DNA from: Candidatus Magasanikiibacteriota bacterium
Lineage (GTDB): Bacteria > Patescibacteriota > Patescibacteriia > Magasanikbacterales > UBA922
Assembly (NCBI GenBank): GCA_003482855.1
Contig: DMXO01000004.1
Coordinates: forward strand, 141,464-205,463
Reading direction: 5' to 3'
Length of the DNA: 64,000 nucleotides
The notes under the pieces are model-generated. The model did no database searches, was not told the DNA's origin, and saw nothing but the letters and a program-made list of their open reading frames with translations. Each line of letters starts with the position of its first letter. Positions within the stretch are counted from its first letter, which is position 1. Both the position numbers and the translations under genes were made by a program. Below are positions 28,274-37,152 of the stretch, one piece after another.

Positions 28274-30349
28274 ATGTCTCCCAAAAAAAGTAAATCGCAG
28301 CCAAATCACCAAAGTGATGTTTTTAATAACGATATAGAATCTGAACAATTAGACAAGCGTGGCCAGCGCAAAACACGCAGTTCTGCTTCTAGTGAAAAAC
28401 ATGTTTTTGTTAAAAAAGAATTGGATAAAGACACCTCTGCAAATACACAGGATGTTGTTTCTGAGAAAAGAGTAAAACATAAGAAAAAAAATATTTCATC
28501 TGTAGTATCACCGAGTGTTTCTGTAAACCCTGTAGAGGAGACTGTATTGTCAAAGGATGAAGAGAGACATATAGACCAGAAGTTGACTGAAATTTATGAA
28601 AATGGAGATGGAACTATGCCTGATATGAAGACGTTTGAAAAGAGAAAAAAGAGCAAATTTTTGACTGCGTTTTTTGTGTTATTATTCTCTTGTGTTTTTT
28701 TTGGTGTTGTGGCATGGCTCGGTTTTTTTGTTATACAACCGCAATCACATTTTTCTGAAGAAGATGTGGTATTGTCTATATCTGGTCAAGAGACAGTCAA
28801 AGCGGGGCAGGAAAACACGTATCGTATACGATATCGCAATGCCCAAAATGTGGCACTTAACAATGTAAGACTTGAGGTACGCTATCCAAAAGGGTTCCAG
28901 TATACTACAAGTTCCGTGTCTCCGATAAGTGATAATAATGATACGTGGGATTTAGGTACAATTGCACCGCAAGGTAGTGGATATATTGACGTCACTGGCC
29001 GTATGTTTGCAAGCCTTGGCGAAGAACAGTCATTTCGCATTTTTCTCAATTATACTCCTTCTAATTTTAGTTCTTCATTCCAAAAAGTTGCGCACTTAGC
29101 TCTCACAGCCAATGAGTCTGTGGTTCGTGTTGATATTAATGCACCTACCGAAGTATCTGTGGGATCTGAAGTAGGGGTGACCATTACACTCACTCCAGAA
29201 CAAGGAGAAAAGCTTGAACATATCCGTGTGGTATGTGACTCAGAATTATTTGCTTACAAAGAAGAAGCAAGTGAACCTAAATCAGACGAAGGTAGACCAT
29301 GCCAGTGGTCATTTGATTCACTCGATAGCGTCCGTACTATCACGTTTACTGGATCTTTTTCTTCAGAAGAAGCAAAACAAACCACGTTCGGTATAGATGT
29401 ATTGGGGTGGAATTCTCCAGACCAGACAGGTGATGGATATGTATTGGCTCACGTACAAAAAGATATTTCTTTGGTGAAGACAGATACTATATTCAATCTT
29501 GCGATCAATGGCGGAGTAAGTTCGCTTACTGCTGAACCTGGTGACATACTCAATATGAGTATGCAATTACGCAATGCAGGGGAAGTCCCACTTGATGATG
29601 CAGTTATTAGACTTATGATAAATGCCCCTGCACATACAACGGGAGGTATTGTGAGCATTCTTGATTGGAATAAGCTCGATACTGATAGCGATGCTGATCT
29701 CATAGGTGAACAAGTATCAGATACTGTGCGTAGAGGTATATTGACATGGGATAAGCGCTATATACGGGATCTTGATCAAGTGAATCCTGGTGAAGAAATC
29801 AAAGAAAATATTTCTTTGCCGATCAAAAATAATTTGCAGACAACGCTATCAAATTTTGATAATTTTACTGTTGATGTGATTGCCGAAATACAATACGGAA
29901 CAGGTGATGATAGGAAAGTAATAGATAGTAATCGTGTTACATTGACTATCGTATCAGATTTTGATTTGGAAGTTCGCGATGAAGTAACACAAAATGATGC
30001 AGATAAAGATGTACATACTGTCACTTGGCTACTGTCGAACTCGTTTCATGAGTTGCATGATATTGTTGTCAAAGCTGACATATATGGTGATGTTGATATA
30101 AACAAAGATGCCATTGTGGTACCTGCGGGTGAAGTCGAGTATGATACTGCTGAGAAAAAATTGGTGTGGACTATTGATCAAATGCCACTCGGAGTAGATG
30201 TACTTGCCATGCAGTTTGATGTCACTCTCCTGTCAAAGAATGAAACCCAGACACAGCTGACATCCAAAGTGGAGGTTCGCGCTCGTGACACAGTCGCGCA
30301 GACGGACATACTTACAGTAGGAGATGAAATTTTACTTACCACAGATTAA
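28274..30349 (+). CDS. Membrane-anchored surface protein with DUF11-like repeat domains
   Basis: Lys-rich cytoplasmic N-terminus, single TM, repeated beta-rich modules (NVxLxVRYPKGFQY... / GDILNMSMQLRNAGEVPL...). Confidence 0.5.
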   Translation: MSPKKSKSQPNHQSDVFNNDIESEQLDKRGQRKTRSSASSEKHVFVKKELDKDTSANTQDVVSEKRVKHKKKNISSVVSPSVSVNPVEETVLSKDEERHIDQKLTEIYENGDGTMPDMKTFEKRKKSKFLTAFFVLLFSCVFFGVVAWLGFFVIQPQSHFSEEDVVLSISGQETVKAGQENTYRIRYRNAQNVALNNVRLEVRYPKGFQYTTSSVSPISDNNDTWDLGTIAPQGSGYIDVTGRMFASLGEEQSFRIFLNYTPSNFSSSFQKVAHLALTANESVVRVDINAPTEVSVGSEVGVTITLTPEQGEKLEHIRVVCDSELFAYKEEASEPKSDEGRPCQWSFDSLDSVRTITFTGSFSSEEAKQTTFGIDVLGWNSPDQTGDGYVLAHVQKDISLVKTDTIFNLAINGGVSSLTAEPGDILNMSMQLRNAGEVPLDDAVIRLMINAPAHTTGGIVSILDWNKLDTDSDADLIGEQVSDTVRRGILTWDKRYIRDLDQVNPGEEIKENISLPIKNNLQTTLSNFDNFTVDVIAEIQYGTGDDRKVIDSNRVTLTIVSDFDLEVRDEVTQNDADKDVHTVTWLLSNSFHELHDIVVKADIYGDVDINKDAIVVPAGEVEYDTAEKKLVWTIDQMPLGVDVLAMQFDVTLLSKNETQTQLTSKVEVRARDTVAQTDILTVGDEILLTTD

Positions 30350-30380
30350 AACTACTGATTAAGATCAGTGATTAATAACT

Positions 30381-30404
30381 AAAACTCCCTGGGTAGGGAG
30401 TTTT
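30381..30404. terminator. Bidirectional terminator hairpin
   Basis: aaaactccctgggtagggagtttt between + surface gene and - tRNA cluster. Confidence 0.7.
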
Positions 30405-30415
30405 GAATATATGTG

Positions 30416-30486
30416 TGGACCTAGGCAGAATCGGACTGCCGTCTCCGCAATGCGAATGCGACGTCATACCACTAGACCATAGGCCC
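30416..30486 (-). tRNA. tRNA-Ala (anticodon CGC)
   Basis: Manual fold: G3-U70 in acceptor GGGCCTA/TAGGTCC, anticodon loop TTCGCAT. Confidence 0.8.
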
Positions 30487-30516
30487 GAGTGGTTATAATC
30501 TCAGGATATGTGTTAG

Positions 30517-30588
30517 TGCTCCTGGAGGGAATTGAACCCCCATCAGTGGTTCCGAAGACCGCTGTGTTATCCATTACACCACAGGAGC
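30517..30588 (-). tRNA. tRNA-Arg (anticodon TCG)
   Basis: Manual fold: acceptor GCTCCTG/CAGGAGC, anticodon loop CTTCGGA, T-loop TTCAATT. Confidence 0.75.
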
Positions 30589-30594
30589 AATACG

Positions 30595-30668
30595 TGCGCC
30601 GCCTGGGAATCGAACCCAGAACCTTGGGCTTAAGAGGCCCCTGCTCTAACCAATTGAGCTAGCAGCGC
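30595..30668 (-). tRNA. tRNA-Lys (anticodon CTT)
   Basis: Manual fold: acceptor GCGCTGC/GCGGCGC, anticodon loop CTCTTAA, T-loop TTCGATT. Confidence 0.8.
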
Positions 30669-30699
30669 ATAATATAATTTTGAAATTTAAAATTGTATA

Positions 30700-31461
30700 T
30701 TATCCTATAGGATCATCTATTTTTCTTTCTAAAATTTGAACTTTTGGTCCTTTCCATTTTTTTACTTGTAGAGCTGCATCTGCCGCACTTGTCTGTGCTT
30801 CTTGTTTACTGCTTCCACTGCCTTCTGCTATTTTTTCTTTATCAAGATATACTGCGATAGTAAATTGCTTTGCATGATCCGGACCATTCTCATTGACTAC
30901 TTTGTATGTTGGCGTAATACCAATAATTTCTTGAGCAGCTTCTTGGAAGCGCGATTTGGAATCCATCCATAGACCAAGTTCCAATACCTCAGGCAATTTT
31001 GTGATAATCCAGCGTGTTACAAATTGTTTTGTGAGATCCCATCCCTGATCCAAATATATAGCCCCAATGAGTGCCTCAAGCGCATTTGCAAGTATATAGT
31101 CTCGTGCTTTGGTGTTTGCATCTTTTGATTCGCCGTGACTCAAAAAAAGGAAGGGTTCAATACCTATTTCGCGAGCGACGCGGGCGCACATAGTTCCATT
31201 TACGAGAGCAGCACGCCAATTTGTGAGCTCTCCTTCAGGATTAAGATAATTTGCAAACAAATATTCGGTCACGATAAGTTCAAGCACTGCGTCTCCAAGA
31301 AATTCAAGTCGTTCATTGTGGGCAAGTGCAAAGTCCCTATTTTCATTTAAATAAGATCTATGTACGAGAGCCTGAACAAGTCTATCTTTGTTTTTGAAAG
31401 AAATACCAATGATGTTTTCTATGTTTGGGAATCCTTTTTCTTCGTAAGAGGGGATTGGCAT
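30700..31461 (-). CDS. rnc: Ribonuclease III
   Basis: ERLEFLGDAVLE signature plus C-terminal dsRBD. Confidence 0.9.
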   Translation of the reverse strand: MPIPSYEEKGFPNIENIIGISFKNKDRLVQALVHRSYLNENRDFALAHNERLEFLGDAVLELIVTEYLFANYLNPEGELTNWRAALVNGTMCARVAREIGIEPFLFLSHGESKDANTKARDYILANALEALIGAIYLDQGWDLTKQFVTRWIITKLPEVLELGLWMDSKSRFQEAAQEIIGITPTYKVVNENGPDHAKQFTIAVYLDKEKIAEGSGSSKQEAQTSAADAALQVKKWKGPKVQILERKIDDPIG

Positions 31462-31624
31462 ATAGATGAAATTCTAAATTCGAATTTCAAAACTCGAAAC
31501 AAATTCAATTTTTAGATTATTAATGTCTCAAATTATTTTGGACATTTGTTCGTCTTAGACGAATTGATATTATTTCGAATTTAGGATTTCGGGCTTAGGA
31601 TTTATTAGTTAAATTAGAATTTTA
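31462..31624. repeat. AT-rich intergenic region containing GAAATTC-type and TTAGGATTT-type short repeats
   Basis: gaaattctaaattcgaatttcaaaactcgaaac and atttcgaatttaggatttcgggcttaggattt. Confidence 0.6.
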
Positions 31625-32065
31625 TTATTTATTTTCTTCTTTGTACATAGCTCCAAGTATACCATTTACAAATTTTCCAGAGCTTGGCCCACCGTATGTC
31701 TTGGCTAATTCTATAGCTTCATTGATGGCAACTTTTGGTGGGATTTCTTCTGTGTTGAATTCTAGCTCATATACACCAAGACGTAATATGTTGCGGTCTA
31801 TAATGGTCATCTGTCCAAGCGGCCAATGCGGAGCATGCCGTGTGATGAAGTCATCTATTTCTTGTTGGTGTGTTATGACACCATCTACTGTTTTTTCCAC
31901 AAATTCTTTTGTCTCTTCAAGTCCTGCGCCAAATTCTTGCATAGTTTGTTCAATGATTGCGGGTATAGCTGCGCTTGGGTTGCCTCGAAAATCCCATTGG
32001 TAGAGGGTTTGCATGACAATTGAGCGTGCCAGGTGGCGTTTGGACATAAGGAAACTAATAAGCAA
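31625..32065 (-). CDS. nusB: Transcription antitermination factor NusB
   Basis: [14 protein letters not shown] and NusB fold length. Confidence 0.85.
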   Translation of the reverse strand: MLISFLMSKRHLARSIVMQTLYQWDFRGNPSAAIPAIIEQTMQEFGAGLEETKEFVEKTVDGVITHQQEIDDFITRHAPHWPLGQMTIIDRNILRLGVYELEFNTEEIPPKVAINEAIELAKTYGGPSSGKFVNGILGAMYKEENK

Positions 32066-32068
32066 AGT

Positions 32069-32139
32069 AAGCAGAATAAGTTTTAAGCAGATTAAGTTGT
32101 ATGTGTAAGCTTAATCTGCATGATCTGCTTATTCTGCTT
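32069..32139 (-). promoter_or_regulatory. Long nested hairpin between rpmF and nusB
   Basis: Outer arms aagcagaataag/cttattctgctt, inner arms aagcagattaag/cttaatctgc. Confidence 0.4.
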
Positions 32140-32147
32140 TTGAACTA

Positions 32148-32366
32148 TTAAGATATTTTTTTTGTTTTCTTTGTTTTACGTAGAATTCTTTTTTCTACGT
32201 TCACTGTTTGTTTGCCTTTGTATGTACCACATGTTGCACATGCGCGATGAGGCAACGTTGGTTCGCCGCATTTTTCACATTTTTTTGTGACAATCTTTTT
32301 GAGTGCGTGGTGAGATCGGCGATCATCTCGGGAACGAGGGGTTCGTTTTTTTGATGGGAGTCCCAT
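32148..32366 (-). CDS. rpmF: 50S ribosomal protein L32
   Basis: KKRTPRSRDDRRSHHAL ... CEKCGE ... CATCG zinc-ribbon. Confidence 0.85.
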   Translation of the reverse strand: MGLPSKKRTPRSRDDRRSHHALKKIVTKKCEKCGEPTLPHRACATCGTYKGKQTVNVEKRILRKTKKTKKIS

Positions 32367-32542
32367 AGGTAGAAATTTTAGATTTCAAATTATGAATTAT
32401 AAATTAACTTGAACGGACATATTATAGCCTAGTTGAGCCAAAAAATCAAGCTCTATACATATATGTGGTTATTTCATTGCAAATTTGGCTTATTTTAGCT
32501 ACAATAAAGTTAGGTTTTAGGTAGTAGGAATTAGGAATTAGC

Positions 32543-33172
32543 TTGTGGATATTTATTTATATGTATATGCAGATTGTTAAACAAGCTGACATAAGTATAC
32601 CAGATATTGTGTTAGCATTGAAGGCAGGTAAGACACTCGTGTATCCTACAGAGACATGCTATGGGCTTGGTTGTGATGCGACCAATCAGGTTGCGATAGA
32701 ACATATTTTTGAAATCAAACATCGCCAACGCAATAAGCCTATGCTTGTGGTAGCTGCGGATATATCACTTATGATGGAGTATGTTGTATGGGATGAGACA
32801 TTGCAAAAGATAGCAGATAGATATTGGCCAGGGCCGGTGACTGTGGTTGTGCAGGCTCAGGGAAGATTATTGCCTTTAGGTGTGGTAGGAGAAGATGGCA
32901 CATTGGCTTTCCGTATTACAAAACATCCTCTCGCAGCAGAGTTGTCTCGCAGTCTGGATGCGCCTATTGTATCCACATCGGCCAATATTGCATCACTTGA
33001 GAGTCCTTATGATATTAGCTCTATTGTATCAATGTACGGTGGGGCAGAGATGCAACCCGATATTATTATTGACGCAGGAGAATTACCTTATGAGAGTCCA
33101 TCTACCGTAGTCCGTGTGAAGGATGGGCGTATGAGAGTATTGCGACAAGGAGAAATAGTAGTCAAATTATGA
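32543..33172 (+). CDS. tsaC: L-threonylcarbamoyladenylate synthase (TsaC/YrdC)
   Basis: YPTETCYGLGCDA motif; start probably at Met near 32567. Confidence 0.85.
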   Translation: MWIFIYMYMQIVKQADISIPDIVLALKAGKTLVYPTETCYGLGCDATNQVAIEHIFEIKHRQRNKPMLVVAADISLMMEYVVWDETLQKIADRYWPGPVTVVVQAQGRLLPLGVVGEDGTLAFRITKHPLAAELSRSLDAPIVSTSANIASLESPYDISSIVSMYGGAEMQPDIIIDAGELPYESPSTVVRVKDGRMRVLRQGEIVVKL

Positions 33173-34368
33173 TGACTCACAGACATGAAGAGCTGAAGAA
33201 AAATTTCACACGGATGTTTTGGATCCAGGCTCTTTTGAATGTGAAAGTAATTAATGTTGTGGGTACTCTTTTTTATCTGCATCGAGGTTTGACACTTTCA
33301 CAGATTTTTTATCTTACCGTGCTTTGGGCAGTGGTGAGCCTATTGTTCGAAATACCATCAAGTTATTTGGCTGACCGGTGGGGAAGGAAAAAGACATTGT
33401 TGTTGGGTATTGTATTGTCGTTTGTTCATTGGATATTGTATATATATGCTGATAATATCAGTATATTTGCTATTTCTCTTTCGCTTGCTTCGTTGCAGTT
33501 CGCGTGTTTCTCAGGTACTGATGATGCACTTATTTATGACACCAACAAGGAATTGGGCAATGGCGGCGAAAGTATAAAAAATTTAGGAAAATATTATTCA
33601 GCGCGCAGTATATTTAAGATAGTGGCTCCTCTTGTTGGTGCATACATTGCACAGGATTTGCTTGAATGGCAATTCCTTATTATTCTTGGGATTGATATGG
33701 TTGCTATTATTATTTCATTATTTTTTGCAGTGAAACTTGTTGAACCAAATCACTATATGGATGTGGAGAAGCAAGAGGCCGGAATTATAAAAGACGCGTG
33801 GAAGATTATGCGTAGTGATAGAGTGATTGGGAGAGCTATGGTGAGTAGGACTCTTTTGTTTATTTCTGTTTTTATCATTTGGCGATTTCATCAGAAATAT
33901 TTTATTGATATAGGTCTGTCTGTGTGGGCGTTGGGTATTGCCTGGTCAGTGATTCATACACTTGGGTTTTTTCATAATCAATATATAGAGAAATTTTTAC
34001 GCAGAGGTGATTTGAATTTGGAAATAAATTTCCTCAATATACTTACTATCATACTCATGGGGTTGATGTTATGTGGAGTTTTATTTTTCCCGCAACCGTT
34101 ATTGCTTCTGTGCATATTTATTTTGTTGGACGCTGTTGAATTATTTCGATGGCCTCTGTATGCAGAGTTTTACAATCGTCGTAGCCAGTCGTTTAATCGC
34201 GCGACCACATTATCTTTGTCCAATTTTTTGAAAAGCATTTTGGATATCCCGCTTTTGTTTATTGTTTCTGTATTAATTTCTCGAGATATCACCTATCCAT
34301 TTATTTTCGCGGCAGGTCTTGCTTTTTTGGTTTTATTTTTCAAATTACCTAGACACAGGGCGGCATAA
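33169..34368 (+). CDS. MFS transporter
   Basis: 12-TM profile, motif-A-like ADRWGRKK. Confidence 0.7.
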   Translation: MMTHRHEELKKNFTRMFWIQALLNVKVINVVGTLFYLHRGLTLSQIFYLTVLWAVVSLLFEIPSSYLADRWGRKKTLLLGIVLSFVHWILYIYADNISIFAISLSLASLQFACFSGTDDALIYDTNKELGNGGESIKNLGKYYSARSIFKIVAPLVGAYIAQDLLEWQFLIILGIDMVAIIISLFFAVKLVEPNHYMDVEKQEAGIIKDAWKIMRSDRVIGRAMVSRTLLFISVFIIWRFHQKYFIDIGLSVWALGIAWSVIHTLGFFHNQYIEKFLRRGDLNLEINFLNILTIILMGLMLCGVLFFPQPLLLLCIFILLDAVELFRWPLYAEFYNRRSQSFNRATTLSLSNFLKSILDIPLLFIVSVLISRDITYPFIFAAGLAFLVLFFKLPRHRAA

Positions 34369-34374
34369 CTATAT

Positions 34375-35529
34375 ATGAATACTAAACATCCGTATCTCTA
34401 TTTTATTTTATTTTTAGGTGTATCTTTTTTTTGCATATTTGGTATTTCATGGCAATGGTCTCAGAGTTATTTTGCGTTGAATGATTATGCGCTTGGAGAA
34501 ATTGTATCATCTATCCCAAAGAAAGATTTGGTTGTGCAACTTGTATTGAAAAAAGAAAAACCCCAAAAGCGCGAAGTGAAAGGGCTGTATCTCACGGCAT
34601 ATTCAGCAGGGAGAGCCGAAAAGATTGATAGTATTATTGATTTATTAGAATCCACTGAACTCAATGCAGTTGTGATTGATATAAAAGATTATAGTGGGCT
34701 TGTCTTGTACGATAGTGGTGTACCTCTCGTTAATGAGCTTGGTCTTGAAGATAATCGTATAGGAGATGTGCGTGCGCTTGTCGACAAATTGCACGAACAT
34801 GATATATACGTAATTGCACGACAGACAGTATTTCAGGATCCTATCTTGGCAGAAAAGAGGCCTACATGGGCTTTGAAAAATAAAAATGGAGGACTGTGGC
34901 GAGACAACAAAGGTCTTGCTTGGGTCAATCCTGCTATGCAAGACGTATGGGATTATAATGTTTCAATCGCAAAAGAGGCCATACATTTTGGTTTTGATGA
35001 AATCAATTTTGATTATGTTCGTTTCCCATCAGATGGTAACATGAGCCTTGTAGCATATACTAATGAAGGCAAAGAGAAATATGAAATTATGCATGATTTT
35101 TATCATTATTTGAGTGAAGAGCTTTTGGACGAGCCGGCGTGGATTTCTCTTGATATGTTTGGTTTCGTCATGGAGCGCCATGATGGCATGAATATTGGCC
35201 AGCGTCTTGAGGACGCAGTAGACGAGACAGACTATATTTGTCCTATGATGTATCCATCGCATTATCCCGTTGGGCATCTGGGTCTTGGTAACCCAGCTGC
35301 ATATCCTGCATTGGTAATAGAGAATGGTATGAATAAAGGGATGGAATATGTCGCATCGAGCACGCGTACAGAGATTCGTCCGTGGATACAGGCGTTCAAT
35401 ATGGGGGCTGTGTATGATGGGAGTATGATTCGAGCTCAGATTGATGCAGTAGAAAAATATACAGATGGAGGCTGGTTGTTGTGGAATGCCTCCAATCGTT
35501 ACACGTCTGCGGGCTTAGAAACTAGTTAA
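34375..35529 (+). CDS. Putative glycoside-hydrolase-like TIM-barrel protein (DUF4015/GHL type) with N-terminal TM
   Basis: N-terminal TM, YLTAYSAGRAEKIDSIIDLLESTELNAVVIDIKD pattern. Confidence 0.45.
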   Translation: MNTKHPYLYFILFLGVSFFCIFGISWQWSQSYFALNDYALGEIVSSIPKKDLVVQLVLKKEKPQKREVKGLYLTAYSAGRAEKIDSIIDLLESTELNAVVIDIKDYSGLVLYDSGVPLVNELGLEDNRIGDVRALVDKLHEHDIYVIARQTVFQDPILAEKRPTWALKNKNGGLWRDNKGLAWVNPAMQDVWDYNVSIAKEAIHFGFDEINFDYVRFPSDGNMSLVAYTNEGKEKYEIMHDFYHYLSEELLDEPAWISLDMFGFVMERHDGMNIGQRLEDAVDETDYICPMMYPSHYPVGHLGLGNPAAYPALVIENGMNKGMEYVASSTRTEIRPWIQAFNMGAVYDGSMIRAQIDAVEKYTDGGWLLWNASNRYTSAGLETS

Positions 35530-35544
35530 AAATTCGAAATTCTT

Positions 35545-36393
35545 ATGTATCTCACCCCCTCTCATCTCAAACAACTCTGCCAACAATATGATCTCACGCC
35601 GAGCAAGAAGTACGGTCAGAATTATCTTATCTCGCAGGCGCCTATTGAAAAAATGCTTGATGCATCAGGTATACAGTCAGGTGACAAGGTAGTGGAGATA
35701 GGACCAGGTTTTGGTGTACTCACGTTTGCATTATTAGAACGGGGGGCAGATGTTACGGCATTTGAGATTGAAAGAAAATTGGAACCATATTGGCAAGAAA
35801 AAAAGAAAATTGAAAAATTGAGGAATTTAGAAATTATATGGGGTGATGTTTTAAAAGAAATTCGATCCCCGATTAAATCGGGGACAAAATTCGAAATTCG
35901 AAATTTTAAAGTCGTCGCCAATCTACCTTATCAAATCACTTCCCATGTTCTTCGTACATTACTCGAATTGGACCATAAGCCAGAGAGTATCACGGTCATG
36001 GTACAAAAAGAGGTAGCAGAAAGAATCGTGGCAAAACCAGGTGACATGAGCATCCTCGCTGTGTCAGTACAGTATTATGGTACCCCCCATATTGTATGCC
36101 AGGTGCCAAAGGGGAATTTTTGGCCTTCGCCAAAAGTTGATTCGGCAGTTATACATCTAGATATTCAGACAAGCAATCACGCACATACGTTTACCGATGA
36201 AGAATTTTTCAAAATAGTAAGGAGTGGGTTTGCAAATAAAAGGAAACAATTGTGGAGTAATTTATCAAAAGGTTTATTTATTGAAAAAATAAAGGTACAA
36301 AAATTTTTGGTAGAAGTATGTGGCAATGAAAAAGTGCGTGCGCAAGAGCTTTCAGTAGAGCAGTGGATAACTCTCGTAAAGAAACTCACATAA
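35545..36393 (+). CDS. rsmA: 16S rRNA (adenine1518/1519-N6)-dimethyltransferase
   Basis: GQNYLI, VVEIGPGFGVLT SAM motif, NLPYQITS. Confidence 0.88.
   Translation: MYLTPSHLKQLCQQYDLTPSKKYGQNYLISQAPIEKMLDASGIQSGDKVVEIGPGFGVLTFALLERGADVTAFEIERKLEPYWQEKKKIEKLRNLEIIWGDVLKEIRSPIKSGTKFEIRNFKVVANLPYQITSHVLRTLLELDHKPESITVMVQKEVAERIVAKPGDMSILAVSVQYYGTPHIVCQVPKGNFWPSPKVDSAVIHLDIQTSNHAHTFTDEEFFKIVRSGFANKRKQLWSNLSKGLFIEKIKVQKFLVEVCGNEKVRAQELSVEQWITLVKKLT
35858..35906 (+). repeat. In-frame mini-insertion inside rsmA: hairpin tccccgattaaatcgggga flanked by gaaattcga repeats
   Basis: gaaattcga|tccccgattaaatcgggga|caaaattcgaaattcgaaatt encodes IRSPIKSGTKFEIRNFK. Confidence 0.7.
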
Positions 36394-36453
36394 TACTTTG
36401 TGGGTTTTCTCTTTTTTTGATATACTATACAGTACTAATGATTCCATAACACC

Positions 36454-37134
36454 ATGGAACAAAAACAAACACAAGTAGGTCTTTCGTCAGGGCAGAAGAC
36501 AGGTTTTGTCTTATTGCTTGTTTTTGCATTATTGACAGTTGGTCTCACATTTTTTCAAGTGAGAAATACTATATACTCGCCATTTGTGGTGAAAGTTGAC
36601 AAAGAAGCACTCGCAGCCAAGAAAGCTTTTGAATTTGATGAGACGACCCGTCTCCAACAAATCGACACTGATCATGATGGGCTCAATGATTATGAAGAAT
36701 TGTTTTTTTATGAGACAAGTCCCTATTTGCCAGATACAGACTCAGACGGGATAGAGGACAAAGCAGAATTGGATCAAGGTAAGAATCCGCTGTGTCCTGA
36801 AGGCAAAGCATGCGATTCGGCTGCGTTTGATGCTAGCGCCACAAGTAGTACAGAGTTTATTGTCTCTCCTTTACTTGATGATTCTCAGACAGCCGCAGAT
36901 ATTTTGGTCAATAGTCAACTGAGTGGTCAACTAAATACAGGAGCAAATGCTTTGGGCGCAGGAGTTGATTTTTCTTCTATGATTAGTGATCCTGCGGTGT
37001 TGCGCCAGATGCTCATCACAACAGGCAAAATTTCAAAAGAAGAATTATCTGCGATTAGTGATGAACAACTCATGCTCATGGCGCAACAACTTGCCAAAAA
37101 TCAATTTGGCGCCACGACGAGCACACCACAATAA
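36454..37134 (+). CDS. Membrane-anchored protein with thrombospondin type-3-like calcium-binding repeats
   Basis: N-terminal TM; DTDHDGLNDYEE and DTDSDGIEDKAELDQGKNPLCPEGKACD. Confidence 0.55.
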   Translation: MEQKQTQVGLSSGQKTGFVLLLVFALLTVGLTFFQVRNTIYSPFVVKVDKEALAAKKAFEFDETTRLQQIDTDHDGLNDYEELFFYETSPYLPDTDSDGIEDKAELDQGKNPLCPEGKACDSAAFDASATSSTEFIVSPLLDDSQTAADILVNSQLSGQLNTGANALGAGVDFSSMISDPAVLRQMLITTGKISKEELSAISDEQLMLMAQQLAKNQFGATTSTPQ

Positions 37135-37152
37135 ACATCTTTATCTCATTAT

